Part shown: piece after piece, positions 1 to 13,629 of the stretch | How positions within the stretch are numbered: position 1 is the first letter of the stretch | How the letters are laid out: every line of letters begins with the position of its first letter | Assembly (NCBI GenBank): GCA_951406725.2 | Contig: OX597834.1 | Location: 496,001 to 560,000, forward strand | DNA: 64,000 bases | DNA from: Octopus vulgaris | Taxonomy: Eukaryota | Direction: 5' to 3' | The notes under the pieces: model-generated | The model's input: the letters and a program-made list of their open reading frames with translations, nothing else | The model's database searches: none | Told to the model about the DNA's origin: nothing | Program-made: the position numbers and the translations under genes

Positions 1-596
1 GAAGAGGTATAAGGACTTATACCTCTGAAGGCTTCCTTAAGAGATGCTTGTATCTCTCCTGACACATGTGAAGGCATAGCTATTGATAGTAGCAGGTGGA
101 GAAGGATTGTGTACGAGGAGACAACCACTTTTGAGAAATCTCGAGTTGCACATGAGAAAGTAAGGAGGGATGTCAGGAAGAGCATCGCTGTTACACTTCC
201 AGAAGGGAAGGATCTTCCTTTGATGCTGACATGCAATGTCTGTGCAAGACCCTGTCTCAGTAAAGCTGGACTCAAGAGTCATCTTCGTAGTCATAAAGCG
301 AGACAGATGAGTGACAACCTGGCCACTGGTGGTGGTGTAACACACCATACTAATCATATCTGTCGGGCATGTGGAAGAGAGAGCGTAATTCGGCAGGAAG
401 ACTTAAACGACACGCAAAGGTACATGAAGCCCAGTTACAACTACAGCCGGCTTTTACCGGTGAAGGTTTTAGTTGCCAATTTTGTACAAGACATTGTAGA
501 TCTTTAGCTGGGCTAAAAAGTCACATTCGATCACAGCACCAGTAACAGTTAAGCTTTGTGCAATGGCTATACTTGATAACGAGGGGGCAGCCATAA
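1..596 (+). mobile_element. 3' end of RTE-clade LINE (frameshifted ORF C-terminus with three C2H2 zinc fingers, short 3' UTR)
   Basis: Translation KRYKD..LKASLRDACISPDTCEGIAIDSSRWRRIVYEETTTFEKSR matches the typical RTE C-terminus. It is followed by CNVCARPCLSKAGLKSHLRSH, a frameshifted CRAC...LKRHAKVH and CQFCTRHCRSLAGLKSHIRSQH, stop at 543-545, then an (ATGT)n tail. Confidence 0.8.
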
Positions 597-690
597 TGTA
601 TGTATGTATGTATGTATGTATGTATGTATGTATGTATGTATGTATGTATGTATGTATGTATGTGTGCATGTATGTATGTATATATATATA
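597..690. repeat. (ATGT)n microsatellite, probable RTE 3' tail
   Basis: Direct tandem repeat abutting the RTE 3' UTR. Confidence 0.9.
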
Positions 691-806
691 TGTGTTTGTA
701 TGTAAAGTAAATTGCTTCTTCAGCAAAACAAGTGCATTTGTTTATCAAACTGCTTTAAAAAGCTTTGTAACTAATAATAGCATGGATTGACTGCTACCCA
801 TACTAG

Positions 807-865
<59 letters not shown>

Positions 866-867
<2 letters not shown>

Positions 868-1269
868 CGCAGGAGTGGCTGTGTGGTAAGTAGCTTGTGT
901 ACCAACCACATGGTTCCGGGTTCAGTCCCACTGCGTGGCACCTTGGGCAAGTGTCTTCTACTATAGCCTCGGGCCGACCAAAGCCTTGTGAGTGGATTTG
1001 GTAGACGGAAACTGAAAGAAGCCCGTCGTATATATGTATATATATATATGTGTGTGTGTGTGTTTGTGTGTCTGTGTTTGTCCCTCTAGCATTGCTTGAC
1101 AACCGATGCTGGTGTGTTTATGTCCCCGTTACTTAGCGGTTCGGCAAAAGAGACCGATAGAATAAGTACTGGGCTTACAGAAGAATAAGTCCCGGGGTCG
1201 AGTTGCTCGATTGAAGGCGGTGCTCCAGCATGGCCGCAGTCAAATGACTGAAACAAGTAAAAGAGTAAA

Positions 1270-1272
<3 letters not shown>
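866..1272 (+). mobile_element. tRNA-derived SINE, family A, full length
   Basis: A-box-like TGGCTGTGTGG, B-box-like GGTTCAGTCC, CCTTGGGCAAGT core, internal (TA)/(TG) tract and (GTAAAAGA)n tail. Near-identical copies at 34170 and 40108. Confidence 0.9.
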
Positions 1273-1342
<70 letters not shown>

Positions 1343-1629
1343 ACATCCAGTGACACTACGTTTATTTGAAAATCTTATCTTTACAGTTTGGTCTAAAATG
1401 TACTTGAAATAGTTATCGTTGACTGAATCGTGTGCACACACGCACGTACACAAGTTCATGCATACACGTATACACATACATTTGCCCACATATACATTCA
1501 TACACATGCACACTCGAACATAACAGACTCATACCCAGAAGAAATAAGCCATCTACTCGCAAACAGATATCTTTTTCACAGATGGATGTATTATATCTGT
1601 ATACAAGCTCACGTAATTGCATACACACA

Positions 1630-1695
<66 letters not shown>

Positions 1696-1887
1696 CATAA
1701 ATAGCCTGTATAACGTTTATTTTTATGTCGTCAATAACATCATTTTCACAATTCAAAGATTTTCTCCAAAAGAATTCAGTTTAAAAAATCCGTTATTTTT
1801 GGACATTCAAAATACTTCGCATCTGTCTGTTGGAGAGGTTCTTTCGTGGAATCATAGAATATGCTGTTGTGATCAAATCATCATTAT

Positions 1888-1922
<35 letters not shown>

Positions 1923-1929
1923 CATCTAC

Positions 1930-1968
<39 letters not shown>

Positions 1969-2687
1969 TTTAAGTATATGCATCACACATACTCATATCG
2001 CAGTGTATATGTGTGTGTGTGTGTGTGTGTGCGCGTGTATCCTGAGTGCATGTGTGTGCATAGATATGTATGTATGCATAAAGAAATGTGTACGTCTGTA
2101 TATGGCTGGCAATGTGCGTGAATGTTTGCCCACATATGACGGTATGTGTGAATATATAGACGTGAGTGTGTGTATTTCTGTCTGAGTCTGTATGTGCTTT
2201 ACAGTGAATATCTCTCTATATATCTACAATCATGTGTGTGTGTGTGTGTGTGTATGCACACACACACATGCATCTATAGCAGTCTCTTGTGCTTCTGTTT
2301 TTGTTTGTTTTTTTCTTCTCTTGCATCACGCATCATTTACTTTTGACGTCATTATTCTGTAGAGATCTGAAGCAGAAGGAACAAAAGACAATGCTGTTAC
2401 CATGAGAACGAGCGATGCATCAGCCTCATTTTGTTCATCTCATTCCTGATTATTGTAAATCCATTGAAAAAATATTGCTCCTACACCCAAAGATGTTGTC
2501 GAAAGAGCAATGCAACTGATGTCTGCTTTTGTTAAAAGATTCGCTTAATATTACACCAACGACCTTATCAACACTCGCCACTGAACTTTCTTTTACATTT
2601 TACATTGAAAACTAAAATATCATTCCAATAAATCTCTACATGGAATTATCTGAAGCTGGTAAATAAAGAAAACCTATCAAGTTATCG

Positions 2688-2705
2688 TTATTATTATTAT
2701 TATTA

Positions 2706-2751
<46 letters not shown>

Positions 2752-2789
2752 CAATATTATTATTATCATTATTATCATTATTATTATTA

Positions 2790-2835
<46 letters not shown>
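2688..2835. repeat. (TTA)n microsatellite
   Basis: Direct tandem repeat. Confidence 0.95.
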
Positions 2836-3254
2836 GACACATCTCTCACAAACAGCAGGTTTAAAAAATAATTCACGTTATTAAAAACGTGACTATAGTT
2901 CACTGCAGTTTGAACCAAAAACACTTGGAGCATAGTAATTAGAGCATAGTAATTAAACGAGAAGAATTAATTTGGTAAAAGGAAGCTTTCGAATGTTGAT
3001 AAACTATAAAATATTTGTAGGCTTAACAAAACCAGAAAGAAACTATAAGATATCTGGGAAAGGAGAAGCTATACAAGAGAAATTATCTAACGAAGAAGTG
3101 AATTCTTGGTTCTTGTTGACATGCTTGGAAATACAATGAGTTCTGTAGTGAAATGTGTCAGTGTTTCTTATCTCTTGAAAAAATTTGAAGAGAGAAGGAA
3201 CTAGTGACGGCTTGCATTGAGAAAAGTTAATTCATTAAAGTTGAGAGAAGGTGT

Positions 3255-3352
<98 letters not shown>

Positions 3353-3394
3353 TGCATTAAATTCTTCTTTTTTCTTATATTCTCCTATACTAAA

Positions 3395-3674
3395 TGTGGG
3401 ATGACGTCAGCAGCTGGGTACGTTGACCGGAAGTTGGGGCAACCGGAAGGGGCAGCCGTGAGGCGTGCGTAGGGAGCGGGGATTTCGGCCTTTCTAACGA
3501 GGGTCGTCGAGGTGTTAAGACGTGTGAAGACGTTGCTAAGGTTGGGTGAAGCAGCTGCTATCTCTAGCGTTCGGGTCGGGGCTGTGACGAAGGATCCGTT
3601 ACCACTGAAGGGTCTCTATCAGAGCGAAGAGAAGGTAGGTGCCTTTATATATCGACTATCTCGCACACACCACA
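3395..3674 (+). mobile_element. 5' LTR of Ty3/Gypsy retrotransposon (280 bp)
   Basis: GC-rich block with a sharp boundary at 3395, termini TGTGG...CCACA (5-bp inverted repeat), 35 bp upstream of the gag ATG. No 3' LTR in the window to confirm the boundaries. Confidence 0.7.
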
Positions 3675-3686
3675 AGCTATTTCGGC
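3675..3686 (+). promoter_or_regulatory. Candidate atypical primer-binding site, complementary to nt 1-12 of tRNA-Phe(GAA)
   Basis: AGCTATTTCGGC directly follows the LTR end. Its reverse complement GCCGAAATAGCT is the 5' end of animal cytosolic tRNA-Phe. Confidence 0.6.
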
Positions 3687-3709
3687 GTTCCACGTAAGTC
3701 GTCACCACG

Positions 3710-4327
3710 ATGTCTGCGAAAATCAGGATCGCCAGCGACATCATCAGACCCTTTAATGGCGAAGGCGATGTAGTGGCCTGGATGCGTAAAATCAGGCTGG
3801 TGGCAAGACTGCAAGGTATAAGCGATGTGGCAAGTCTTATGGCGCTGTATTTAGAAGGGAGCGCGTTAACGCTATACCTTGAGATGGAGGATGAGGAACG
3901 CTTGAGCGAGGAAAAAATAGAGCAACGATTGCGGGATGCCTACACAGAATGTGAATACACAGCTTTTGCTAAGCTGGGTACGATTCGGTGGACAGGAGGA
4001 CAGGTGGACGAGTATGCGGCAGAAGTTAGAAGGTTAGTGACGCTGGCTGGGTTTACGGGAGAAGGGATGGAGAGAACGGCGCGGCTGGCGTTCGTAAATG
4101 GGTTCCCCGACGATGTAGGGATTCACCTACAACGATTGCCCGGGATTAAAAAGATGGCGCTGAGCGAACTGGTGACTCAAGCCCACGTGTTGACGCGACA
4201 CTCTGGGCGGAAGGCGATAGCGGTGGCGGTGACGGAGGTGCGTAAAGACGGACGACGACCGGAGAAAGACGTACAGAAGCGGCCGTTCACAGGTCGGTGT
4301 TTTAGATGCCAGGGGTCGCACTATGTC
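3710..4327 (+). pseudogene. gag: Ty3/Gypsy gag, truncated within the zinc knuckle
   Basis: Open frame with IRPFNGEGDVVAWMRKIRLVA...LYLEGSAL...FVNGFP and CFRCQGSH. The sequence switches abruptly to AT-rich unrelated DNA at ~4327, so the last ~19 codons of ORF 3710-4384 are read-through. Confidence 0.85.
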
Positions 4328-5316
4328 CATAAGGAACCTATTCGGTTCACCTTGATTATCTCACTTCCATTTCTTAATATATAATTAACCTAAGATATTT
4401 TTACCTAACTAATTAACCTTAATCTGCGGGTAATAAATATTATTTCCAACAGATCCTATATTTTAATTCATTAATAACAACTCACTATCAATGAAATCTG
4501 AATAATTTACTCTTCTAAATTACCTCTCTTCATATTATTAAATCACCTTCTACTAAACCTACGAATACCTTTCCTCTTTGATTTCTCCTCTTCCATTTTC
4601 CCTAGTACATATTTTGACTCCTAATATACTCACTTGATTAACAGGACTTTTCACCCCAGCTAATAAGTATTATGCCTACTCATAATAAGTGGTAGACTTT
4701 TCTCTAAATTGAATAAATTTTAGATCTATATTTTTTCCTTTAATCCAACGTGTCAAAGTACTCGGAACCTATAGGCTGATTGTTGTGTTGATGTGCATTG
4801 GTTTCATAAGGTCTCTGCATTCTCTGTGAGTGTCATTGTGACCACTTGACATTGACCTAGTTCTAATGCCAAATCTGTTCACCAAATAGTAGTAATTGGC
4901 ATTGTAGTGTGACAATTCTTTTCTCTACATAAATTTCTTTATATGGAACTCTGACATCTCTTTCACCCCATTTCTATAAATTGAAAATCTTTGTTGTCTT
5001 CTTTCATTTGTCCTTTCCTCTCAGAACCTTACTGTAGTTTGGAGCAACTGAATTTTTGTCAGTCAGTTGATAAGCTCCACTACCTCAAATGTTCTTAAAA
5101 TTTAAACCACACCTTTGTCTATATATCTACCTTCTCTATAATGTTACCACTTGATATGAAAATTATGTATTAATGGAAAACCTCTATTAATGGCTGATGA
5201 ATGCTCAGCATTTTAAAACTGTTGTAATACTTACAACATTTGATAAAATGATGTTGTGCGAAACGATCGTACCAAATTACCGGAGTTATTCTTGTTGCTT
5301 ATTTTGATTATATTAC

Positions 5317-5736
<420 letters not shown>

Positions 5737-5741
5737 ATATT

Positions 5742-6699
5742 TGGATCTTTTCTTTTTGAAGGCCAGATTTTCCTAGTTAACTAAAAAATTTGAAACTTCG
5801 TATACTGGTAGAATGTGTCAAAAGAAAACATTATTGTAAACAAAATTGAAAACAAAATTGTAATTCGTAACTTAAACGTAGTTTAATTTTAAGAATTTTA
5901 ACCAATGAAATCGCAGCATTCGAGCTCAAATTATTTACCTCTTCTTCTGTCTTCTACATGTGCTAGAAATAACAGCTATATCTCTTAAATCAATTAATTT
6001 CGTCGCCCAATAAAAATATTAACGATATCTTTTGAATATTTTCTTTATTTTTTTTTTACCGAAAAGGCTTCTCCCATGGTTTTGAAGGGCCAGAAACAAC
6101 AAAAACAAAACAATAATATGCCTAAATCGGTCTCGAGTTTGCGCGTGGAGTGTTAGTAGTATTGTAAAAATTTGCGAAATACTTTTTCATAAAAGGATGC
6201 CCCCAGCTTGTCGGAAGCTGTGATATAAATTGGGAAAAAAATCCTCGACACCAGTGCGTAATTGGTACTTAATTTATCGACCCCGAAACGATGAAACATT
6301 GACCACCCCTCTTCTGTGCAAATTTGTTGCGGCAAGTGGCAAAACACGAACGTGTATTTTTGCTTGTGTGCGTATGTGTGTGTATGTATATGTCCGTTTG
6401 ATTGTGTGTGTATGCTTATATATTAATTACTATGAGCTTGTGCAAATGTGCGTGTGTGTGTGTGTGAGTGTCGTGTGTGTCGTGTGTGTCGTGCGTCTGC
6501 TATATTTCTTTATCAATATCGATAACGCAGCAATGTTGGGATTTCATTGGTTAAAATTCGTAAAAATTAAACTACGTTTAAGTTACAAATTACAATTTTG
6601 TTTACAATAATGTTTTCTTTTGACACATTCTACCAGTATACGAAATTTCAAATTTTTTAATTTACTAGGAAAATCTGGCCTTCAAAAAGAAAAGATCCA
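5742..6699. mobile_element. Non-autonomous DNA transposon with ~170-bp terminal inverted repeats
   Basis: 5742-5920 (TGGATCTTTTCTTTTTGAAGGCCAGATTTTCCTAGT...) is the reverse complement of 6533-6699 (...ACTAGGAAAATCTGGCCTTCAAAAAGAAAAGATCCA). It sits in (TA)n and carries an old SINE fragment at ~6230-6340. Confidence 0.85.
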
Positions 6700-6910
6700 T
6701 GTATATATATATTATATATGTTTGTATATGTATATATATATTATATATGTTTATATATGTATATATATTATATATGTTTATATATGTATATATATTATAT
6801 ATATGTATATATAATATATATATGTATATATATATTATATATAATATATATATATAATATATATATATATATATGTATATATATTATATAATTTATATAT
6901 AATTTATATA

Positions 6911-6945
<35 letters not shown>

Positions 6946-8428
6946 TGTATGTATGTATGTATTATTGTGAGTTAGTTTGATATAGATGGTGGATGCTAGA
7001 AATTTAACTTTTAACGTTTCGAATATGAATCGTTTCTCTCTTTAGAGAGTAAAAACAGATTGTTGTATAAAGTTGTTTCTGTAGGGGAAAGAGGGAGGGC
7101 ACAGGTGAAAATTCAGAGGCTGTTGCCGTATGAGAGAGAGAGAGAGAGGGATAGGGAGAGAGAGAGGGATAGGGAGAGAGAGAGAGAGGGGGGAGATACA
7201 AAGAATATATTGCCAGATTGAGATTATAGGGGCTTTTACCATGGGCAGAGAGAATATAAAAGCCATCGCTATGGAGAAAGAGTTATTGAATGGGGAGGGG
7301 CGAGAAGGGAGGGGAGAGAGAGGGAGAGAAAGATGATAAGGGGCAGAAAATATAATGATAAGGGAGTGAATACCATGCGTAATGGAACGTCTTTGATTGT
7401 ATGTCTACTTAAACAGAGCCGACTTGCGGTTAAACATGAACAAAAAAGAAACAATTAATAATATCGATGTTATCGGCTTCGAAAGGGAACGTTTCGAGGA
7501 AGTGGTAATTGTTATTGTTTAGTCTTAAGCCAGCTTTGGTTTAGTAGACTAACAATCAAATATATTCCAGCCATGACTACCATGTCTTTTACTGAAGCAT
7601 CGTATAATCTAATGTTATCCAACACAAGCTAAGACATTGAAGGAGATTTAGTCGCAATTTCTAGCAAGTCATGCGTCCACATAAATGCTCCTTCTAAACC
7701 CAGTTAATCCTGTTCTTATCGTTTAGCCGGAGACTTTAAACGGTTTGAAGAGACAAGGACTGAAATAATAGTTATCGATTATCAACTAGATCAATTGATA
7801 TAATCGAAGTGGATAATTGATCAGAGGACAGCGCGAGGTGTAATAGCAGAAACTGAAGCGGGGGCAACGACGTTGCCCCCGCTTCATATCAAGTGGGGTA
7901 GATTATTACTTACAAGTAGTTACTTCATTAATGGTGTGGCCAGAGTGCGCTGCTCTCCCCTCCAGGGACCACTGCTCCTCTGCAAGCTTATGCAGCAAAT
8001 ATTAGAGGGTCGCTCTCCTCCATAAAAGCGTCGGCCGAGGTGGAGCGCCCTTGCCTCCTCCCAGTTACGTCATTGCACTTTACGTCAAAACGGGTGGATG
8101 CTTATGCACGGTTACCCACTTTACATCAAAGAGAAATTAATGGGACACAATTTGCGGAGATTTAATGAAACCTTAACTAAATGAAGAAGTTCGATTTGCA
8201 GAGGAAGACATTCAATTAGTAAATCTTGATCTGAAAATCTATCAAGATATCGATCACGCGGCAAAGAAAAATATTAAATCAATTACTGCAAGAGTAAATT
8301 TCATTTTTAAATAGAGAAGATTGCCTCATAAATAGATTAGACTTCATTTTCAAAACTGGTCTCACCTTTCTAAGTTTCATTTTCCTTTTACACATACGTA
8401 TATGCATGCATATATATTTTATATTTAC

Positions 8429-8463
<35 letters not shown>

Positions 8464-8487
8464 TATATATACATATACATATAATAT

Positions 8488-8567
<80 letters not shown>

Positions 8568-10034
8568 AAAAAAAAAATATTATACACCACCATGCACACA
8601 TGCAAGCATTCGTACATAAATATGTAGCATATATGTATGCCTAGCAGCTTGTGAGTTAATAAAACCGTGAGAATCTTCGGTAGAATGTCTTGCACTATTT
8701 CCCTTGGTTCCCACTTTCCTGGGTTCGAATAACGCCGTTGTCAACTTTGTCTTTTTATTCAAGGGGTTGATAAATCAAGTGCCAGTTAAGTGCTGTGACC
8801 ATATTTTATTTCCCCTTCTCTTTCACTCTGCCAGAAATCGGCTGAGTTTTGACCTAGAGCGGGACGGCGGCCATTTCCTGGTTCAAATGCTCAAGGCATA
8901 CTGTGTTTCATAAGGTCGTTCAAAAGTCTTTCCGAGACTGCTTAATCTTTTTGTGAAATAATAGAAAGCCAAATTGTTTGACAGGTGTAACAACACTTAG
9001 GAAGTGTTAAATTCTGGTCGTATGCCCTCGACTTGGTATAAAGCTTTCTATAGTTCTCTACCATATTAATTCAGTGACTTATTTCATAGATCAGCTGTCA
9101 TATGACTTTCTGTCAATCTTTCTATGTCACTCATTACTCCTTAGTCATATGTACATTTAGTACATTGACGTCACAGTTTATTGATTAAACATAACAGTTA
9201 ATTCTTTTACTCGCTGCTCTGGAGGAAGGGACAGGGCTCACAATCTTCAGTGACACCACATCTGATGACGTCATCAACGTTCTTCTTGAACTATAACAAA
9301 TGAACATTTGAAGGAAAGGTATGAGAGGAGGGTTTCCAGGGAGGAGATATTTTGGGAAAGTCGGACTAGGCGTTGTGATGGGTGCGGGCCTGGCGGTTGA
9401 ACGAAACATTCGGCTTATTGTCTACACTTATTTCCTTTGTTCTATGAAACAATCTTTCCTCCCCGCCACCCAGTTTTATAGAATTGTAAGGGTGTTCAGT
9501 CAAAAAGTCAACTCCCACAGTTGCTGAAAGTAATAGTCAATAATTGGCATTTCATTTTACATGTCATAATTATTTCTAATTAAAATATTTCAATTTTCCT
9601 ACTTTATCTATTAATTAACTAATTGTATATATACAGAACTGTTTGTTTCCTTATACTGTTATTTATCTAAATCATCTGAACACTCTTTTTTTCACTTCTG
9701 TGTTTTATCTCTCTCTCCCTTTGTTTCTCTCTCCCTCTGTCTATCTCTCTCTCCTTTTCCCTCTCTCCCCGTCTCTCTCTGTACCCACACCCACCACACA
9801 GACATTCAGAGATACTCGTGCGCACATACACGCACACTCACGCGATCTCCTGTTCTCATCCTTGACAAAGGGTATTTCCACCCGAAATTTCAATTTATTA
9901 ACATTTTTTTTGTACACGTTTAATCTTTATTTTTGTTTATATTTTACTTCCACTCATCTGCATTGCTGTGGATTTCGAAATCACCCGAACCCTGGGATTC
10001 CGCAATGCTTCAAGCAACCGAGAACAGTTACACA

Positions 10035-10094
<60 letters not shown>

Positions 10095-10177
10095 CGCGCA
10101 TGTACAAGTACTCAAGCACACTTTCATATCAGAATGTCTGCAAATACATATACGAATAACTGAATATATATATATAT

Positions 10178-10224
<47 letters not shown>

Positions 10225-10323
10225 AGAAAGTGTGTGTGTGTGTGTGCGTGTACATGTATGTATGTGTGTACGTACAAAGCAGACGTATTCTCACAAGTGT
10301 AAATCCATACAAATACAATTACA

Positions 10324-10395
<72 letters not shown>

Positions 10396-10574
10396 CACTG
10401 AGTTTGAAAGTGTGAAAAGCAGAGAGAGGGGCGAGAGGGATAGAAAGAGACGCAGACAAGGCGAGAGGCAGATAGATAAACAGACAGAGAGGGGGGAGAG
10501 AAAGAGAGAATTCTAATGAAAAAAATGGTATATGTGAATCATCACATTTACAGATTTCTTCCCCTCCCTCTCCA

Positions 10575-10617
<43 letters not shown>

Positions 10618-11964
10618 GACGGCAGATTTCTTTGAATGTTTCACTCTAAGTTCTAAGTTTTGGTGTCATAGCAAAACGGAACGAGGAAAGAACTCAAGAA
10701 AAAAACAGTAGCAAAGAGATTGAAAGTATTCGCAAATAATTCTAATGCAGTTCTGTTGTGTAAAAGATAATATGTAGAACATTTGAAGGAAGATGACAGT
10801 TATTGTTCGTAATATTGCTTTTTTGTTTTGTCTCTTTGTATAAAGATAGGTCTCTTTGATGAAGCCCCAACTGAAACGGCTCCTTTTTACACCCAGTCAC
10901 AGCCATTGAAGTCTCACTCTCTCATAAATGCTTTTACACCATCTTTGCTTTATAGCCTCACTTTCACTCTTCTTCGCACTGTATACACTCCGCCGCTTTT
11001 TCATGTTCCTCCTCTGATATATTAAAGCTATGTTGTTGTCCGGCCGTTCGTATCAATACATCAATATTGATTATCTTTTCAGTTTTACATTTTCCTTCCA
11101 TTACTATCCACCACGTCACAACATCAACAGCAGCGGCTACATCATCAGCAGCAGCAGCAACACCATCACCGCATACCACCGCGATTGTAGTTTGCAGTAT
11201 CACTAGCTATATTGCTGTTACACACACTAAACTAGCAGGCACGCGCCACTGATAATTGGTCGCCATTTTCTTTTACTACACAACTAGACATATATACCAG
11301 CATTCCTTCTGCTGCTACTACTGCGACTACTTCCGGTTCCAATGATATTCTAACAATGGTTAGCGCGCCAATCATCAATACTAGTTTTTATAGGAACCAA
11401 CAAAGGAGATTGTAGAAATAGCAGTCAATACTCTCTCAAATCATTCTCTATTACTGTTTGAAATAAATGGACACAATGTGGTCTTAGATATCTTAGAAAG
11501 GACGGGATGGCCATGGACGGATTATTTTCTTGATCAAGGCCGACCAGAAGTTAAACAGCAATATCAAGCTAATAAAACAGAAGCTAAATATCCCATAAAT
11601 GATACCCTAGTGCCTTAAATAAAGAAAGTACGAGATGCTGCTGCCCGGCAAAGACCGGATGGCGTTGGGTGATAAAAGATCTCTGAAATGAGCAGATTTG
11701 GCGGCGAAACAACAACGACGACGACGACTGCGACAACCAGTTTTTATTGGTAGAAATAATGCACGAGTTCTGCTGTTATCTTCTACTGAAGACGCAACAA
11801 CGATCAGAATTAAAAATGCACGTGCGTACACACACACGCACACACACGATATATATAATGCAGAGAGAGAGAAAGAGAGAGAGAGAGAGATATATATATA
11901 TATATATATATATCGTGTGTGTGCGTGTGTGTGTACGCACGTGCATCTTTAATTCTGATATATA

Positions 11965-12025
<61 letters not shown>

Positions 12026-12042
12026 GAAATATTAAAATAACT

Positions 12043-12160
12043 AAGTCATCTGACTGCGGCCATGCTAGAGTACCGCCTTTACTCGAATGAATCGACCCCA
12101 GGACTTATTCTATCGGTCTCTTTTGCCGAACCGCTAAGTTACGGGACGTAAACACACCAA
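12043..12160 (-). mobile_element. 3' fragment of SINE family A
   Basis: Reverse complement of the CTTAGCGGTTCGGCAAAAGAGACCGATAG...CATGGCCGCAGTCA segment of 866-1272. Confidence 0.8.
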
Positions 12161-13125
12161 CATATATATCTACTTTCCTTCGTTATCCCCCCTTTACCTT
12201 TCCACCCCCCTCTCTCTCTCTCTCTCTCTCTGCATTCCCTTCCCTAATTCTTCAAGCCCTCTGTCCCCTACTTCTCTCGTCTCCTTCCACGTGATCGGTG
12301 TTCGGCCAAGCATGATCTTTCTTCCTTGGCCCGACCGCCGTCCGTACAGCACCTCTCTATTTCCTGTCTCCTGACTTTCATCTATGTTTGTGCCCTAACA
12401 CTTTCGCTCCACACACGCCAGCTCAACTTGATTCGTCCTTATTAGTCGAAAGACACCTTTTGTTATTCTCTTATTGTTTGTATTTGTAATCGTGTAATAT
12501 TTTCTCCGTTTTCTCTTTTTTTATCGTTGTTGTTGTACACATTCGCTTGCTTTCTTCCAAAAATTTAATGCTCTTAGCTTAGATTTTGGGGCCAGCCAAT
12601 TTTGAATAGTCTCATGCCGAAACTGTAATGATAATTTGGAAAGTTGACTGATGACTAGAAGGCCACGAATGACCCGTCCTCGTTTTTTCTTGTCCATCTT
12701 TGTATCGTTTATCTGTCCGTATATATTTATGCAAATATATTTTTCAGGACAGCGTCCGGGGAAAGCCCTCTACACGAGTATTAAAGAACTTCGACTGTCC
12801 CAGACAACTCGCCCCAAAGTGATCGAAAATGGTAGATACCGATATTTCGCCATGATTGTGGCTTATCAATACAACTTAATTGAACGAAGTGAATCGCTTG
12901 CCTGGGACTTATGTGCAAGCAAAGTGAAATCTATTTTGATGTGCTGCGGCGTGGCACACGAGAAAGAAAATTAAATTACGAATTAAAAGCAGCAACGATC
13001 ATGCAAACATTATTGGTCGCATATACATTGTGTATGTGTTTTATCATACGCCAAATTTTTTGTAGGACAACGTCCAGGGAAAGCTCACTGCACACATATA
13101 TAACTATGTGTCTGTGTGCGTGTAA

Positions 13126-13173
<48 letters not shown>

Positions 13174-13629
13174 ATGTATATATAATGTTAAGAGTTGAAA
13201 CAGCGTCAAAGAATTTGAACCTTAAATATTAAAGAACTGACACTAAATACTGCATGGTGTTTTTTTTCGACGCACCGACGGTTCTGCCGATCCTAGTTAC
13301 GTTTTAAGTCTCCTTTGTTTCTCCTAAACAGAATCAAATCAATAGCAATAAATGTCAAATATAGTTGAACAGAAACATGACAATAGATACCAGTTATATA
13401 TACAGGTTCATACTATACATTGAGGGCTAACTGAGAGTTACTAGGGAGTTCGATAAAGTGCCTTGTGATAATTAGTTTGGCTTTTTGCTTCCAACAGTTT
13501 AAAACCCGTCGATGTCAACTTTATTGTAACTTCCTCAGATGAGGGCCGGATTGCAACATCTGTATCTGTGAAGCGGAGCTCATTCTCCTCCTCCTCCTGT
13601 GCACACAGTGCTAAGCACCTGACACTCCT

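Noticed and set aside
1430-2185. 251-aa ORF and the many other long [16 protein letters not shown] ORFs across the window
   Set aside because: Stop-free read-through of dinucleotide and tetranucleotide microsatellites; no protein-like content.
4328-5230. AT-rich block after gag as pol or LINE endonuclease remnant
   Set aside because: No protease, RT or integrase motifs; only an ambiguous GD(F/L)N-like string on the minus strand.
12640-12690. CTGATGA...CGAAT...GTC hammerhead-like string
   Set aside because: No convincing helix I or II pairing, and the GAAA core is absent.
13530-13575. CAGATGAGGGCC near the Penelope fossil as a hammerhead remnant
   Set aside because: Core mutated, with no downstream GAAA or helix partners.
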